IMG/VR virus record: IMGVR_UViG_3300020368_000108
Span: 1-48,150 of that record
Strand: one strand, 5' to 3'
DNA from: a virus
Taxonomy: Duplodnaviria; Caudoviricetes
Length of the DNA stretch: 48,150 nt
Under the pieces are notes generated by a model that saw nothing but the letters and a program-made list of their open reading frames with translations, made no database searches and was not told where the DNA came from. Both the position numbers and the translations under genes were made by a program. The first letter of the stretch is position 1; every line of letters starts with the position of its first letter. Below are positions 1-11,984 of this stretch, piece after piece.

Positions 1-3000
1 AATGCAGGTTCAGGTTATCAAGTTGCTCCGGTTGTAAGAATTAGTGGTGGTGGTGGTACTGGTGCAACTGCTATTGCATACGTTGGTGGCGGAAAAGTTA
101 CTGCAATACAAGTAACAAATGGTGGCTACGGATATAAAAGTGCTCCAACAATTACTTTAGATGGATCTGTTGGTTCTAGTGGTGTAGAAGCAAAAGCATC
201 TGCACAATTAGGAAAAGGAAAAGCAAGATCATTTAAAAATATTATTAAGTTTGATAGAACAACAGATGATTTAGTATTTGGTAAGTTTGACGTTGCTTAT
301 TCCACAGGAGCAAGTTCAATACAAGGCGGTCCATTACAAGTAACAACAGATATTCCAGGTAGAGAATTAGAACAAGACTTTAGTGGAACTGGCGGTCAGT
401 TTATCTTTAATCTAAAATTTCCAATAACATTAGATAAAGAACGTTATAGAATATTAATAAAAGACAATAACAATCCATTAAATGTTTGGACGGAGGTACT
501 ACAAACAAGTTATAGTCCAAGCAATGTAGCAGATGTCACTTTAGGAAGAAGTAGACAGAAAGGTAGAATTACATTTGATACTCCTCCTGCTAACAATACT
601 ACATTAAAAGTAAGATATCAAGTAGATAATGACTTCTTAACTTATGCAGATAGAGTACACTTCTTGTATTCACCAGTTGCTGGTATGCCAGATAAACTGT
701 TTGACCAATTAATGAAAGGTATAGACTATGGCGGAGTACAAGTAAAGAGTTTTGACTTTGGTGGAGGAACTGGTTGGTCAAGTGACCCGTATTACACTTC
801 TGCTTATGACACGTATGACACAACATACGAGGATGAAGTATTTAGAATTGATAACAGTACAAAAGTGTTTACATTTAAAAAGGCACTTGAAACTGGTATT
901 GTTTACAATGTTTACAAAAATAATGTTAGAATAGATGATCCTAATTTTGGAACAAGCAGTCAAACTAACACAAATGCATTAATCCAAAGTATAACTGGTG
1001 CAGGTCAAACAGGAATTGCATTAACTGATGATCAATCATATACTAATCTAGTTGTTATAGATGAACAGATTGTACCTACAGTTGACAACGATGTAATTGT
1101 TCTTAGAAAAACTACTAGTGATGGTTCCTTTATTCCAGATCCAAGAGCATATGATACAGCGTTAAGTGGTGGTGTATTAAATTATGGAACTGCAACTGGA
1201 TTGAATGCTGAAGATATTGTTGTAGATGGTGACGGATTTGTTACTCCTACATCAAGCGGAGGTCCAGAAGAATTAATTCAAGGGCAAGTACTTGATACAC
1301 TTGATATGAAAGTGTATGATAGAATAGGTGATGGTGGTAGTATTGTTGACACCAGATCATATGATGTTGACACAGCAGGCACAGGTGTATTTGATTTTGG
1401 AGTATATCCACAAAGTAAAGAAGGAATATTTGTTAAGAAAAATAATGTAATACTTCAGCAAAGTGATTACACAGTAAATTTCCAAACAAAGAAAATTACA
1501 ATTACAGGTTTACAACTTAATGATAGAATTAACATCATTACAATGAGCGGTAATGGTGAAAAGATCTTAGATATGGATCAATTTACAGGTGACGGAAGTA
1601 CTTTACAATATGTCACCCAGGTTAATTGGCAAACTGGTTTAACATCTTTTGTAACAGTTAATGGACAAATAGTTGATTATGTAATAGAAACAACAGACAG
1701 TACATATGATACAACAAATAAAGTTGCCATAACATTTGGTGCACCGCCGGCTGTAGGTTCAGTTATAGATTATATGATTTATGCAAGTGAAAGTAAAGTA
1801 TTTTCAGAAATTAAGAAAGATAGATTCACGGCAGATGGAAGTACTCAAGTATATACAATGAGTGTAACTCCGTTCAGTTCATTGCCTAGTACACATAACG
1901 TCATTGTTGAAACATTTACAAATGCAAATGACAGAAAAATTTTAAATGCAGGATACAATGAACAGTTTACAGTAGAAGCAAATAAATTTGAATATCAATT
2001 GAAAAACTGGCAACAACCTGGAGGTACATTAGGTGCCACAGATATAGATGTCTACCTAAATGGTGTTGCTTTAACTTACACTTCCGACTTTATTTTTAAA
2101 CCTGCAAATACAAGTATTGAAATATTTGAGAACATTGCGAACGTAGGTGACATATTAGAAGTGTTTGTAAACACAGATGGAGAGTACACTATTACTGGTA
2201 ACCAATTGACATTGAATACTTTACCAGCAATTGATACAAAAGTGTTAGTAACGCACTTCAGTAAACATGATATACAAGCAATTGAAAGAACTAACTTTGA
2301 TATTATACAAAGGTCAACAGTAACAGTTGGTGGTTCCGATGATATTGAATACAAACAGTTGCGTAATGGACTAATTAAATTAAGAAAACAAGCATATGAT
2401 ACTGAATTTGTTTGGTTAGTTGTTAATGGTAAGGTACAAACTCCTAATGTTGACTACGGTTTAACCAACGATAACAAATTTATTAGAACATTAAATCCTT
2501 TTGCCGACAATGATGTTGTTGAAATAATAGAATTTGCAACAGAAGGACCTATCACAGGCAAGTTTGGGTACAGGTTATTTAAAGATATGTTGAATAGAAC
2601 AGTGTACAAACGTTTAGGTGATTCAAATTCTTATAGACTTGCTAACGACTTAGGCATTTTTGATAATGAAATTGTGGTAGAAGATGCTACTAACTTACCA
2701 ACTCCTGACGTTACAAACAACATTCCAGGAATAATCTTTATTAATGCTGAACGTATTGAGTATTTTGTGAAGGCTGGTAACAAATTACGTCAACTAAGAC
2801 GTGGTACATTAGGTACTGGAGTAAAAGAATTACATAAAAAGGGCGATGAACTGTTCAACCAGGGTATAGACGAAACCATTCCATATCAGGATAAATTATT
2901 AGTACAGAACTTCACTACTACAAACAGTTTGGTAAGTGGAAATTATGTTGAAAGAGAATATATTTTGGATTGGAACCCTGCAAGTCGTAACGAAATGGAA

Positions 3001-3366
3001 GTATTCTTAGGTGGACAACGTCTAACCAAAGGATATCTTAACAGTAGTAACAATGCTGTAAAAGATGTATTCCATCCAACGACTGGAATGGACAGTCCAG
3101 AAGGTGATATTGCAATGACATTACCAACTTATCCTCGATCTTGGGGATTAGAACGTGATGGATTTAGGGTTCAATACGATTCTAACACAAATAGCACCAA
3201 AATTTATGTATATTCACTAGCAGATGGTGAGAAATTAACAGTAATACGTAAGCAAGGACAACTTTGGAACGATATAGTAGACAGTACAAGCACTAAGAGT
3301 TTGGGTAGATCGGAGAATCCTATCGCTCAGTTCATTCGTGCAAAGGAAGTGAAATTGCCAAACTAA
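1..3366 (+). CDS. Very large virion structural protein (baseplate/tail-associated), 5'-truncated by the window edge
   Basis: Frame 1 is open from base 1 ([26 protein letters not shown]...[11 protein letters not shown]) into the listed 664..3366 ORF, so the TTG at 664 is not the true start. Contains GSGY..AP.V repeats, 'F.GDGST..Y' beta-rich repeats and a C-terminal 'QLRRGTLGT' motif typical of large-phage structural proteins. Confidence 0.75.
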   Translation, partial: NAGSGYQVAPVVRISGGGGTGATAIAYVGGGKVTAIQVTNGGYGYKSAPTITLDGSVGSSGVEAKASAQLGKGKARSFKNIIKFDRTTDDLVFGKFDVAYSTGASSIQGGPLQVTTDIPGRELEQDFSGTGGQFIFNLKFPITLDKERYRILIKDNNNPLNVWTEVLQTSYSPSNVADVTLGRSRQKGRITFDTPPANNTTLKVRYQVDNDFLTYADRVHFLYSPVAGMPDKLFDQLMKGIDYGGVQVKSFDFGGGTGWSSDPYYTSAYDTYDTTYEDEVFRIDNSTKVFTFKKALETGIVYNVYKNNVRIDDPNFGTSSQTNTNALIQSITGAGQTGIALTDDQSYTNLVVIDEQIVPTVDNDVIVLRKTTSDGSFIPDPRAYDTALSGGVLNYGTATGLNAEDIVVDGDGFVTPTSSGGPEELIQGQVLDTLDMKVYDRIGDGGSIVDTRSYDVDTAGTGVFDFGVYPQSKEGIFVKKNNVILQQSDYTVNFQTKKITITGLQLNDRINIITMSGNGEKILDMDQFTGDGSTLQYVTQVNWQTGLTSFVTVNGQIVDYVIETTDSTYDTTNKVAITFGAPPAVGSVIDYMIYASESKVFSEIKKDRFTADGSTQVYTMSVTPFSSLPSTHNVIVETFTNANDRKILNAGYNEQFTVEANKFEYQLKNWQQPGGTLGATDIDVYLNGVALTYTSDFIFKPANTSIEIFENIANVGDILEVFVNTDGEYTITGNQLTLNTLPAIDTKVLVTHFSKHDIQAIERTNFDIIQRSTVTVGGSDDIEYKQLRNGLIKLRKQAYDTEFVWLVVNGKVQTPNVDYGLTNDNKFIRTLNPFADNDVVEIIEFATEGPITGKFGYRLFKDMLNRTVYKRLGDSNSYRLANDLGIFDNEIVVEDATNLPTPDVTNNIPGIIFINAERIEYFVKAGNKLRQLRRGTLGTGVKELHKKGDELFNQGIDETIPYQDKLLVQNFTTTNSLVSGNYVEREYILDWNPASRNEMEVFLGGQRLTKGYLNSSNNAVKDVFHPTTGMDSPEGDIAMTLPTYPRSWGLERDGFRVQYDSNTNSTKIYVYSLADGEKLTVIRKQGQLWNDIVDSTSTKSLGRSENPIAQFIRAKEVKLPN

Positions 3367-3390
3367 TAAATACAATGTAGGAAAGATAAA

Positions 3391-4005
3391 ATGACAGACA
3401 ACATATTTGACAAATCCGGATTTAGTGTTCAAGGACATATACACATCTTTGATCCTTCTACGGGTGAAACTATTATTAATAAACGCAACGCAATACACTA
3501 TGAAAACATGAGTATTGCTTTAGCAGAATCACTATCTAATGCTGGACAAGGATTTGTTTACCAAATGGCATTTGGAAATGGTGGTACTAGTGTTGATCCT
3601 ACAGGCATTATTACATACCTTACTCCAAATAGCACAGGTGTAAACGCAAGTCTTTACAATCAGACATTTATTAAAGTTGTTGATGATCAGAGTGCAAACA
3701 ACACTGATCCAAATAGAAACAAAATTGAAACAAGACACGTAACAGGAACAAATTACACTGACATATTAGTCAGCACAATATTAGATTATGGTGAACCTTC
3801 AGGACAAGACGCAAATGATACTGCACAAAACACTGCAAGTAATTTTGTATTTGACGAATTAGGACTTGTAAGTTATTCACCAGCAGGAACAGGAAAACTT
3901 TTAACACACGTTATATTCCATCCTGTACAAAAAAGTTTGAATAGACTAATACAAATAGATTATACATTAAGAGTTCAAAGTTTAACTGGATTTAACGAGG
4001 GGTAA
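3391..4005 (+). CDS. Conserved phage structural protein (tail/baseplate region)
   Basis: 204 aa ORF with AGGAAAG RBS, lying between structural genes. 'GHIHIFD...NAIHYEN...MAFGNGG...FDELGL...HVIFHPVQKS' resembles tail-fibre-attachment-like proteins. Confidence 0.6.
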   Translation: MTDNIFDKSGFSVQGHIHIFDPSTGETIINKRNAIHYENMSIALAESLSNAGQGFVYQMAFGNGGTSVDPTGIITYLTPNSTGVNASLYNQTFIKVVDDQSANNTDPNRNKIETRHVTGTNYTDILVSTILDYGEPSGQDANDTAQNTASNFVFDELGLVSYSPAGTGKLLTHVIFHPVQKSLNRLIQIDYTLRVQSLTGFNEG

Positions 4006-4008
4006 TAG

Positions 4009-6099
4009 ATGGCATATACCATAAATTATACTGACTCCAACAAAGGTAGTATAGTAATCGAAGACTCTACTATTGATACAACAACCAGTTTAAGCATTCC
4101 TGGTAAAAACACAACGGAGTATGGTACACAAATAGGACAAAACTTTTTGCGTATGTTGGAAAACTTTGCAAATAGTTCTGCTCCGTCTAATCCAATTGAA
4201 GGTCAGTTATGGTATGACAGTACAGCAGGCACAGATTTATTAAAAGTTTATGATGGAACCACTTGGCAAGAAGCAGGAGGTATTAAACGTGCCTCAAGTG
4301 CACCAAGTGTAAGTAACAGTAACACTGGAGACCTTTGGGTTGATACAGATAACCAACAACTATATTTGTTTACAGGTTCAGGTTGGGTATTAGTAGGTCC
4401 AGAGTTCAGTGAAGGTTTAGCCGCAGGTATCAAACCGGAAGTTGTTATAGGTAACGATAATGTAAATTACACAATTCTTAAAATGGAATCAGGCGGTAAC
4501 CTAATAGGAATTATAAGTGCTAATCAGTTTTCACCAAAACAAAAATTTGCAGGGTTTGAGAATCCTATTAAAACAGGTATTAACTTATCAAACTTAAATT
4601 TAAATAGTCAAGGTACACCAAAGTTTTACGGAACAGCAGACGCGGCTGATAATTTAATGGTAGGAACTACAAAGGTAAGTTCCGCAAGTTTTGTAAGAGC
4701 AGACCAAGAGTCAACTTCTTCAAGTAAACTTAACATAGCAAACAATTCAGGTATAGTTGTAGGTAATGATGCAAAATTAAGTATAGGAATTGAAGCAACC
4801 GCTGGTGTTATTTCACAACAAACAGCAGGATCACCAATAGACTTTAAAACAAATGACACAGGTAACATTGCAACAAGAGTTAGAATTGATTCAACAGGAA
4901 ACTTAGGTTTAGGTACAATAAGTCCGGCGGCGAAACTTGATATAGCCGGCGACTTAAGAACTTCTGGCATTTATTCCAATACAAATGTTACAAATTCTTC
5001 AAACACTGGCACAGGATCAATAGTAACCGCTGGTGGTTTAGGAATAGCAAGAAATGCCTTTATTGGAGAAAGTTTAAATGTTGCTGGTGCGATTACAACT
5101 GGCGATATTGTTCCACAGGTCAACAACAATAAAAACATTGGATCATCAACTAACAAATTTGCAAGTGTTCACGCAACAAGTATAGTTGGTAACGTGACTG
5201 GAAATGTAACAGGAACAATAACAGGAAGATCAGGTTCAACAGATAAACTTGCAAGTAGAACAACATTTAAAGTTCAAGGTGATGTTAGTGCGGCAGATGT
5301 TCAATTCGATGGACAATTTACTGACACAGGTGAAACAACTTTACAGAAAGTATTTCAAACAAGTATTGATCCTGCTTTTATTTCAAACAAAACAGCAGTT
5401 GATGTATCACAGTTTGATGATGAGTTTCTAGTAACAAGAGTTACAGATTTAGATGGCAATGGTACTGGTGTAAGAAAAATTTCAAGAAACAATTTGTTTA
5501 ATGCATTACCAGTAAATCCATTAGGAATGGTTGTACCATATGCAGTGCCGGCCGCAAATATTCCGGCAGATTTAACTGCTTGGCAATTATGTGATGGTAG
5601 AGAATTATTTATTTCATCATTTGGACAACTATTTCAATTAATAGGTTACACTTACAAAGCACAAAGTGAAACTACTGCTGGTAAATTTGCATTACCAGAT
5701 CTAAGAGGTAGATTTCCATTAGGTAAAGATAACATGGGTGGTACAAGTGCAAATAGAGTAACAGGTACTTCAGCAGATCAAGAAGGTTTATTTGCAGGTG
5801 GTGAAACTAAAGTTATTGGAATACAAAACTTACCAGATCATGAACACGATTTAAAATCAGAAGAAAACTATCAGTTCTATGCTATAAGAGATGGTAATCC
5901 AGCCAACTCAATAGGACAAGGATCTTCAGTAATAGTATTTGATGCTCCAACAGGAACAAGTGCAGGCCAGGCTTATCCAAAGTCAGGAGGATTAGTTTCA
6001 TCAACAGCAGTAGGACAACCACAAGATGTTATGAATCCATATTTAACTATGAATTATTTAATGTACACTGGTAATCCAGAAGGGTCAGGGGCAGTTTAA
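4009..6099 (+). CDS. Tail fibre protein with phage tail collar domain
   Basis: The C-terminal 'WQLCDGREL...LFQLIGYTY...FALPDLRGRFPLG...NLPDHEH...MNPYLTMNY' is the tail-collar signature. The N-terminal domain is shared with the next two ORFs. Confidence 0.85.
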   Translation: MAYTINYTDSNKGSIVIEDSTIDTTTSLSIPGKNTTEYGTQIGQNFLRMLENFANSSAPSNPIEGQLWYDSTAGTDLLKVYDGTTWQEAGGIKRASSAPSVSNSNTGDLWVDTDNQQLYLFTGSGWVLVGPEFSEGLAAGIKPEVVIGNDNVNYTILKMESGGNLIGIISANQFSPKQKFAGFENPIKTGINLSNLNLNSQGTPKFYGTADAADNLMVGTTKVSSASFVRADQESTSSSKLNIANNSGIVVGNDAKLSIGIEATAGVISQQTAGSPIDFKTNDTGNIATRVRIDSTGNLGLGTISPAAKLDIAGDLRTSGIYSNTNVTNSSNTGTGSIVTAGGLGIARNAFIGESLNVAGAITTGDIVPQVNNNKNIGSSTNKFASVHATSIVGNVTGNVTGTITGRSGSTDKLASRTTFKVQGDVSAADVQFDGQFTDTGETTLQKVFQTSIDPAFISNKTAVDVSQFDDEFLVTRVTDLDGNGTGVRKISRNNLFNALPVNPLGMVVPYAVPAANIPADLTAWQLCDGRELFISSFGQLFQLIGYTYKAQSETTAGKFALPDLRGRFPLGKDNMGGTSANRVTGTSADQEGLFAGGETKVIGIQNLPDHEHDLKSEENYQFYAIRDGNPANSIGQGSSVIVFDAPTGTSAGQAYPKSGGLVSSTAVGQPQDVMNPYLTMNYLMYTGNPEGSGAV

Positions 6100-8162
6100 T
6101 GGCATATCAAATTAATAAAACAGATGGAACATTATTAGTACAACTTGTAGATGGAAGTATTGATACTGCAACAACTGACATTTCATTAATCGGAAGAAAC
6201 TATTCAGGGTTTGGTGAAAGCATTAATGAAAATTTTGTTAAGATGCTTGAAAACTTTGCCAATACTGCGGCTCCAAGCAACCCACTTACTGGACAACTAT
6301 GGTGGGATAAATCAGAAGCAAGATTAAAAGTTTGGAATGGCACACAATTTACTAGTGCTGGCGGACCTATTGTAAGTTCATCACAACCTACAATGGTAGC
6401 AGGCGACCTTTGGATAGATAATTTAAACAATCAACTATATTTTTATGATGGTTCTGATTTAGAATTGGCAGGACCTCTTTATTCAAGCACTCAAAAAAGA
6501 TCAGGATTTAAAGTTGAGACATTACAGGATTCACAAAACTTAGATAGAGTAGTAATTAAGTTTTTCCTAGGCGGAACGTTAGTAGGTGTCTATAACAATG
6601 TAGCATTTACTCCAAGAGCAGGAAGTGAAATTACAGGACTTACAGGTGTTCTACAAAAAGGATTTACATTAGTTGAAAGTGATTTCAAAGTACATGGAAC
6701 AGCAACAGCGGCAGATACAATTATTAATGCACAAGGCGTTAAGAAAAATGCAAGTCAGTTTATGCCTACTGACGCTGATGCAGTATCAAATGGTTCAATT
6801 ACAACTATTAACAACTCCGGCGTAATTGTTGGTCCTGAAAACAATATACAAATATTAATTGATGCAAATCAATCAGTGATACAAAACAATGTTTCTAACA
6901 GAGATATTTTTGTTAAGACAAGAACCACATCAGGATTTGTAAATGCATTGCATATCGATTCAAGTGAATCTAAAATAGGTATATTTAAAACAAATCCGGT
7001 AGCAACTTTAGATATCAACGGTAGCACAAGAATAAGTGGCGACCTCACTGTATTAGGTAACACAATATCAGTTGAATCACAAACTTTAAAAATTGTAGAT
7101 AAAAATATTGAACTTGCTTTAGGCTCAGACAGTACACTACTTACAGATTCACAGGTAGACGATGGTGGTATATTAATTAGAGCAACACCTGATGATAAAG
7201 AATTTTTATGGAAAAATGCAACAAACAGTTGGACAGCAAACGTAAATTTTGACTCTACAAAAGGTTATAAGTTTAACGGTAATGAAATGATAACACAGGT
7301 TGGATCAACTCCAACTATGAAACATATTCAATCAGCACCAGACCTTACAAATGTTGGAACACTTACAAGTTTAGTTGTTGATAACACAACTATTGATGGC
7401 ACAACAATTTCTACAGGAAGCGGCAATCCATTATCATTTACAAGTGATGGTCCTATTACAATTACTAATAGTCAAACTATCAGAGGTTTACCTACTCCTT
7501 CACAGTCAACAGATGCCGCAAGTAAAAGTTATGTTGATGATACTGTAAACGGAGAAAGGGTTTCATTTAGTATAGACATTACTGGATTAACAGATGCACA
7601 GATATTATTAGTGGTAGAAGACATTGCTCCTGCAAGTACTAAAAAAGAAGGTACACAGGCTTACTTGCATTGTACAAGTACTACTGGTGCAACTGCAACA
7701 TTCTCAGCATCTACACTTAATAATGCATTAAGTAAAACTACAACATCAGTAGATAAAACAATAACAGCATCACCACAAACTGTGGTAAGTGTTGTAAAAC
7801 AAGCAAATACAAGATTAACACTTGGCGGAACACACGGATATGAGGGCGGTCAATCAGTAACAATTAGTGGTGCCACTGGTTTAACTGCTTTAAATGGCAC
7901 ACATACTATTTCAAATATTATAGACGCACAAACAATAGAAATTAACTTAAATACTGCTTCGGACGGTAACACTTATACTGGAAGTTCAGCAACTATTGAA
8001 AGGGTGCCTGTAACAGGAAATGAGAACCAATCAGTTGTATCAGACTTTACATTTAGTCAAGCAGTTGGTAGTGTTGTGCTTACTTTGGCAAGATCTGTTA
8101 AAATATGTACAATTTCCGGCGGTGTTTGGACTGGACCCGTAAATGGTAGTTCTAGTGTTTAA
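6099..8162 (+). CDS. Tail fibre-like protein (paralogue 2)
   Basis: N-terminus MAYQINKTDG...LENFANT..P.NPLTGQLWWD is homologous to its neighbours. Thr/Ser/Gly-rich, with a 'DAASKSYVD' fibre motif. Confidence 0.75.
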   Translation: MAYQINKTDGTLLVQLVDGSIDTATTDISLIGRNYSGFGESINENFVKMLENFANTAAPSNPLTGQLWWDKSEARLKVWNGTQFTSAGGPIVSSSQPTMVAGDLWIDNLNNQLYFYDGSDLELAGPLYSSTQKRSGFKVETLQDSQNLDRVVIKFFLGGTLVGVYNNVAFTPRAGSEITGLTGVLQKGFTLVESDFKVHGTATAADTIINAQGVKKNASQFMPTDADAVSNGSITTINNSGVIVGPENNIQILIDANQSVIQNNVSNRDIFVKTRTTSGFVNALHIDSSESKIGIFKTNPVATLDINGSTRISGDLTVLGNTISVESQTLKIVDKNIELALGSDSTLLTDSQVDDGGILIRATPDDKEFLWKNATNSWTANVNFDSTKGYKFNGNEMITQVGSTPTMKHIQSAPDLTNVGTLTSLVVDNTTIDGTTISTGSGNPLSFTSDGPITITNSQTIRGLPTPSQSTDAASKSYVDDTVNGERVSFSIDITGLTDAQILLVVEDIAPASTKKEGTQAYLHCTSTTGATATFSASTLNNALSKTTTSVDKTITASPQTVVSVVKQANTRLTLGGTHGYEGGQSVTISGATGLTALNGTHTISNIIDAQTIEINLNTASDGNTYTGSSATIERVPVTGNENQSVVSDFTFSQAVGSVVLTLARSVKICTISGGVWTGPVNGSSSV

Positions 8163-8194
8163 AGATAAATACATACAATAGAGGGGTTATAACT

Positions 8195-9679
8195 ATGGCA
8201 TACATAATTAATAAAACTAACGGTACGCAGATAGCAGTAGTAGAAGACGGTACTATCGATCAAACTACTGATCTGAAACTTGTTGGTAAAAATTATGCTG
8301 GTTATGGAGAGATACAAAACGAAAATTTCGTGCATTTGCTTGAAAATTTCGCTAGTGCAAACCAGCCGGCTAAAGCAATCGCCGGTCAAATGTGGTTTGA
8401 CAGCGGTTCAAGTAAATTAAAATTTTACGATGGTACAAAATTTAGAACAACAGGTGGTGCAGAAGTAAGCACATCTCAACCTTCAGGACTAACAACTGGT
8501 GATTTTTGGTGGGATACTAGCAACAATCAACTATACGCAAACACTGGATCAGGGTTTGTTTTAATTGGTCCACAATCACAAGGTTCTTCAGTTACACAGA
8601 TGTTAACTGCAACTGTACGTGACAACGCACAGGTAAACAGAACAGTGATGAAAGGTATCATCAATGACGAAACAGTATTCATAGTAAGTGCAGTAGAATT
8701 TACAATCGATTCAACAGACTCCAATAATGCCATAACAGGTTTCGATGTAGTACGTGCAGGACTTACTTTAAAAAATACTACAAACGCAACAAACGGTGTG
8801 ACTTCAACAGCACACAGATATTATGGTACAGCATCTAACTCAGATAGATTAGGTGGAAATTTAGCAAGTGAATATGTAAGATCAGTAGCAGGCCAGGCGT
8901 CAGTGTTTAGTGAAATTGCAAGATTTTCAGATGCAGGTTTTACTGTAGGTGCGTCAAACGATTTAATTGTTAAAATAGAAAATGATAACCAAGGCGTTAT
9001 TCAAAATGACGTAGGTACAATAATTAAATTTAAAGTTGATAATACAAGTGCTCAAGTTAAAGAGCCATTAAACATCACAGCAGACGGTATCCTTCCAAGT
9101 GCTTCAGCAACGTTCAACGTTGGTTCAAGTGCATTAAAATGGAATATAATGTATGCTAATGAGTTTAATGGTAAAGCAACAGTGGCATCATCTATGGAAG
9201 TTCCAGTAGGTAGCGGTACAGCAAACAGAACAGCATCTACGGCGGCTTCAAATGATACCGTAGCAGTAAGAGATGGTAGTGGTGATATATTTGCAACTAA
9301 CTTCCAAGGTACTGCTCTAAAGGCAAACTATGCTGACTTGGCAGAAAAATATGTAACGGATACACAATATCCAGTAGGAACAATTATGACAGTTGGCGGA
9401 GATAATGAAATGACTGCGTGTGCAATGACAGAAACACCATGCGGTATTATTTCTAACAAGCCAGGTGTTATTTTAAATTCAGATGCTGATGGACAAGCAA
9501 TAGCATTAGTAGGTAGAACACCATTAAGAGTTATGGGACCAATTGAAAAAGGTGACAAACTTTATGTTGGTGCTAATGGTACTGCCCAAAAGGCTAACGA
9601 AGGTGACTTGGTTGGTATTGCTTTAGAATCAAATGAAAGATTCGAAGAAAAATTAGTTGAAGTTTTTATAAAAATATAA
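8195..9679 (+). CDS. Tail fibre-like protein (paralogue 3) with C-terminal ADLAE chaperone/autocleavage-like domain
   Basis: Same N-terminal domain as the two upstream ORFs. The C-terminal 'ANYADLAEKY...IALVGRTPLRVMGPIEKGD...VGIALE' resembles the peptidase G2/intramolecular chaperone-like domain of tail spikes. Confidence 0.7.
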   Translation: MAYIINKTNGTQIAVVEDGTIDQTTDLKLVGKNYAGYGEIQNENFVHLLENFASANQPAKAIAGQMWFDSGSSKLKFYDGTKFRTTGGAEVSTSQPSGLTTGDFWWDTSNNQLYANTGSGFVLIGPQSQGSSVTQMLTATVRDNAQVNRTVMKGIINDETVFIVSAVEFTIDSTDSNNAITGFDVVRAGLTLKNTTNATNGVTSTAHRYYGTASNSDRLGGNLASEYVRSVAGQASVFSEIARFSDAGFTVGASNDLIVKIENDNQGVIQNDVGTIIKFKVDNTSAQVKEPLNITADGILPSASATFNVGSSALKWNIMYANEFNGKATVASSMEVPVGSGTANRTASTAASNDTVAVRDGSGDIFATNFQGTALKANYADLAEKYVTDTQYPVGTIMTVGGDNEMTACAMTETPCGIISNKPGVILNSDADGQAIALVGRTPLRVMGPIEKGDKLYVGANGTAQKANEGDLVGIALESNERFEEKLVEVFIKI

Positions 9680-9692
9680 GGAAGTAAAGTAA

Positions 9693-10604
9693 ATGGCATT
9701 AATCACAGCCTCAAGATATAACACACTACAAAGTTCAGTAGCAGGTATCATGGGAAACGGTTCAGGCGATTCAGGTTATGGCCAATCATTAGCAAGTAGC
9801 CAAGTTGCACAAGGAACAGTTATCCAAGCATCGCACATGGCTGATCTCTATACAGATATGATAAAAGCACGTAGACACCAAACAGGTACTACGCCAAATA
9901 CATTATCTAGCATTTCAGTTGGTGATTTAATAAAAGAAACAGACACTTCAGGTGGTAAAGGTATTGTACAATATGAAGCACTTGCGGTTTCCGTTAACAC
10001 TGATAAATTAAGCATTTACACAGGCGACACTAGCCAATCAGATCAAACTCCTTTAGTAAGTAGCACAAGAACAAATACTTGGAATGGTACTATCACACAC
10101 GAATTTACAGCAACATTTACAAGTGCAGATGCACGTAGACACTTTTTTAATGCAGGTGGAAAATTGCTGTTTACAGCAGACATTACTAATGGTAGTGGTG
10201 CAAAGTACAATGACTGGAACACTTTATTAAGTGCAATGGGAACTGTAAGTTTTGCCGCTCATGCCACAAGTTCAGCGGGAAGTGTACCAGGCACAGGTTC
10301 TTCAATTGGTAATTATGAACTAACAGGATCATACCAAAAGGTTTTCCAAAAAGATGGTAGTGGTGTTTATGCTGAAAACGATTACAATATTCATGTAAAA
10401 GAAAACAACACAGCGGCTATCCAAGTTAGAATCGAATTCAGAGATGATGACGCAGGTGATGACACAAACAATGATGGTGCAAATGATCCACAAGATGAGG
10501 ATATAGTTGGAGATGTACAATCATCAGTGGTGTCTTTAAAACCACATGGTAGTGACGTTGCAGTTGCGGCACCAATTGGTGCAAACACAACCACTCTTCA
10601 ATAG
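9693..10604 (+). CDS. Putative virion structural protein
   Basis: 303 aa, Ser/Thr/Gly-rich, 'RHFFNAGG' motif, last gene of the tail cluster, AAGGAAG RBS. Confidence 0.6.
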   Translation: MALITASRYNTLQSSVAGIMGNGSGDSGYGQSLASSQVAQGTVIQASHMADLYTDMIKARRHQTGTTPNTLSSISVGDLIKETDTSGGKGIVQYEALAVSVNTDKLSIYTGDTSQSDQTPLVSSTRTNTWNGTITHEFTATFTSADARRHFFNAGGKLLFTADITNGSGAKYNDWNTLLSAMGTVSFAAHATSSAGSVPGTGSSIGNYELTGSYQKVFQKDGSGVYAENDYNIHVKENNTAAIQVRIEFRDDDAGDDTNNDGANDPQDEDIVGDVQSSVVSLKPHGSDVAVAAPIGANTTTLQ

Positions 10605-10644
10605 ACCCCCCAAATTTCTACTTAAATACTAGTGAGGAATCACT

Positions 10645-11007
10645 ATGGATGAAAAATTACAAAAAGCATTAGACTTTGCCAATTTCAGTACTACTTTAAA
10701 CAACCAAAAGAAAATGGCAAAAGAACGTTTCGCTGAACAAACAATATATTTTACCAAAGGCGGACAGTTTACCATTACAAAAGAATTAATAAATTATTGT
10801 CAAACATTAATTGATAATAAACAAACGTCTTTCATCTTTATAGATGATAACGATGTTCCTATTGAAATAGAATACGTAGATGACTTTAGAGAACAAATTT
10901 TAAACAAGTATTTCAATGCACTTAACGAGTACCTAGCAGAATATAATAAAATAACAAGTAAAAGATCAATACCGGATATTGTAGATGAACCAGAAACAGA
11001 AGCATAA
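10645..11007 (+). CDS. Hypothetical protein
   Basis: 120 aa ORF with GAGG RBS, downstream of a TAAATA motif. Confidence 0.6.
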   Translation: MDEKLQKALDFANFSTTLNNQKKMAKERFAEQTIYFTKGGQFTITKELINYCQTLIDNKQTSFIFIDDNDVPIEIEYVDDFREQILNKYFNALNEYLAEYNKITSKRSIPDIVDEPETEA

Positions 11008-11167
11008 AGACTTCCCAGGAAATTTAATTAAAATAAAGTTAATAGAGGATGAAATAGAATACGCCAAAAGTCAACTTCAGCAACACAATACCGGACACAT
11101 CCATACTGCCATTGGTTGGATGGAGCATAGACTTAATCAACTTAAAGGCATAGAGGATGATGAGTAA
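10985..11167 (+). CDS. Small hypothetical protein
   Basis: 60 aa ORF that exactly fills the gap between its neighbours and overlaps both. Confidence 0.5.
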   Translation: MNQKQKHKDFPGNLIKIKLIEDEIEYAKSQLQQHNTGHIHTAIGWMEHRLNQLKGIEDDE

Positions 11168-11984
11168 AGGTGTATTACTATTTGCAAATAATAACAGTCA
11201 AGTTGATTATATCAAGCAGGCTTGTTTTCTAGCAAAACAAATTAAAAAACATTTGAAGGTTCCCGTATCTCTTGTGACAAGTGATAGAAAACGTGTAACG
11301 GATTTTTATCCTTATGAATTATTTGATAAAATTATAGAGCAACGTAGCAAAAATAAATTTAGTAAACGTTATAATGATGGAGCATTAAGCCATAAGAAAC
11401 TAGAATTCAATAATGACTTACGTCCTTTAGCATATCAACTTACACCTTATGAAACAACTTTGATATTAGACACAGATTATATAATTTGTAATGATTTATT
11501 CAAAGGTGTGTTTAACACAACAAAAGATATCTTGCTTTATAAGGATAGTACAGATATAACTTTACATAGAAAGTTTACTGAATTTAAAAGAATAAGCGAT
11601 ACAAGTATAGATTTTTATTGGGCAACTTGCGTGGTGTTTAAGAAAACAGAATTTACTAAAATGTTTTTTGAACTAATAGAACATATAAGACAGGAATGGA
11701 ATCATTATGCAAACTTGTATCAACTGAATACTAGGATATATAGAAATGATTATAGTTTTAGCATTGCAGTAGATATGCTAAAGTCAGAAAAAATAGGACT
11801 TATGCCAGGAACAATGTTATATTCAACAGACAAAGATGTTTTATTTAAAATGGAAGATGATACATTAAAGTTTTTAGTTGAGAAGAAAGATAGACTAGGG
11901 CAATACACCGCAGTCTATACCCACAAACAAAATGTTCATGTGATGAATAAATTTAGTTTGAATAGAATGATTGGAGATATGTAA
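11157..11984 (+). CDS. GT-A fold glycosyltransferase (GT8-like)
   Basis: 'YIKQACFLAKQIK...TPYETTLILDTDYII' contains the DxD motif in a GT8-like context. Confidence 0.65.
   Translation: MMSKGVLLFANNNSQVDYIKQACFLAKQIKKHLKVPVSLVTSDRKRVTDFYPYELFDKIIEQRSKNKFSKRYNDGALSHKKLEFNNDLRPLAYQLTPYETTLILDTDYIICNDLFKGVFNTTKDILLYKDSTDITLHRKFTEFKRISDTSIDFYWATCVVFKKTEFTKMFFELIEHIRQEWNHYANLYQLNTRIYRNDYSFSIAVDMLKSEKIGLMPGTMLYSTDKDVLFKMEDDTLKFLVEKKDRLGQYTAVYTHKQNVHVMNKFSLNRMIGDM

Noticed and set aside
664-3366. Listed start of the 900-aa ORF at 664
   Set aside because: The frame is open back to base 1, so the gene starts upstream of the window.
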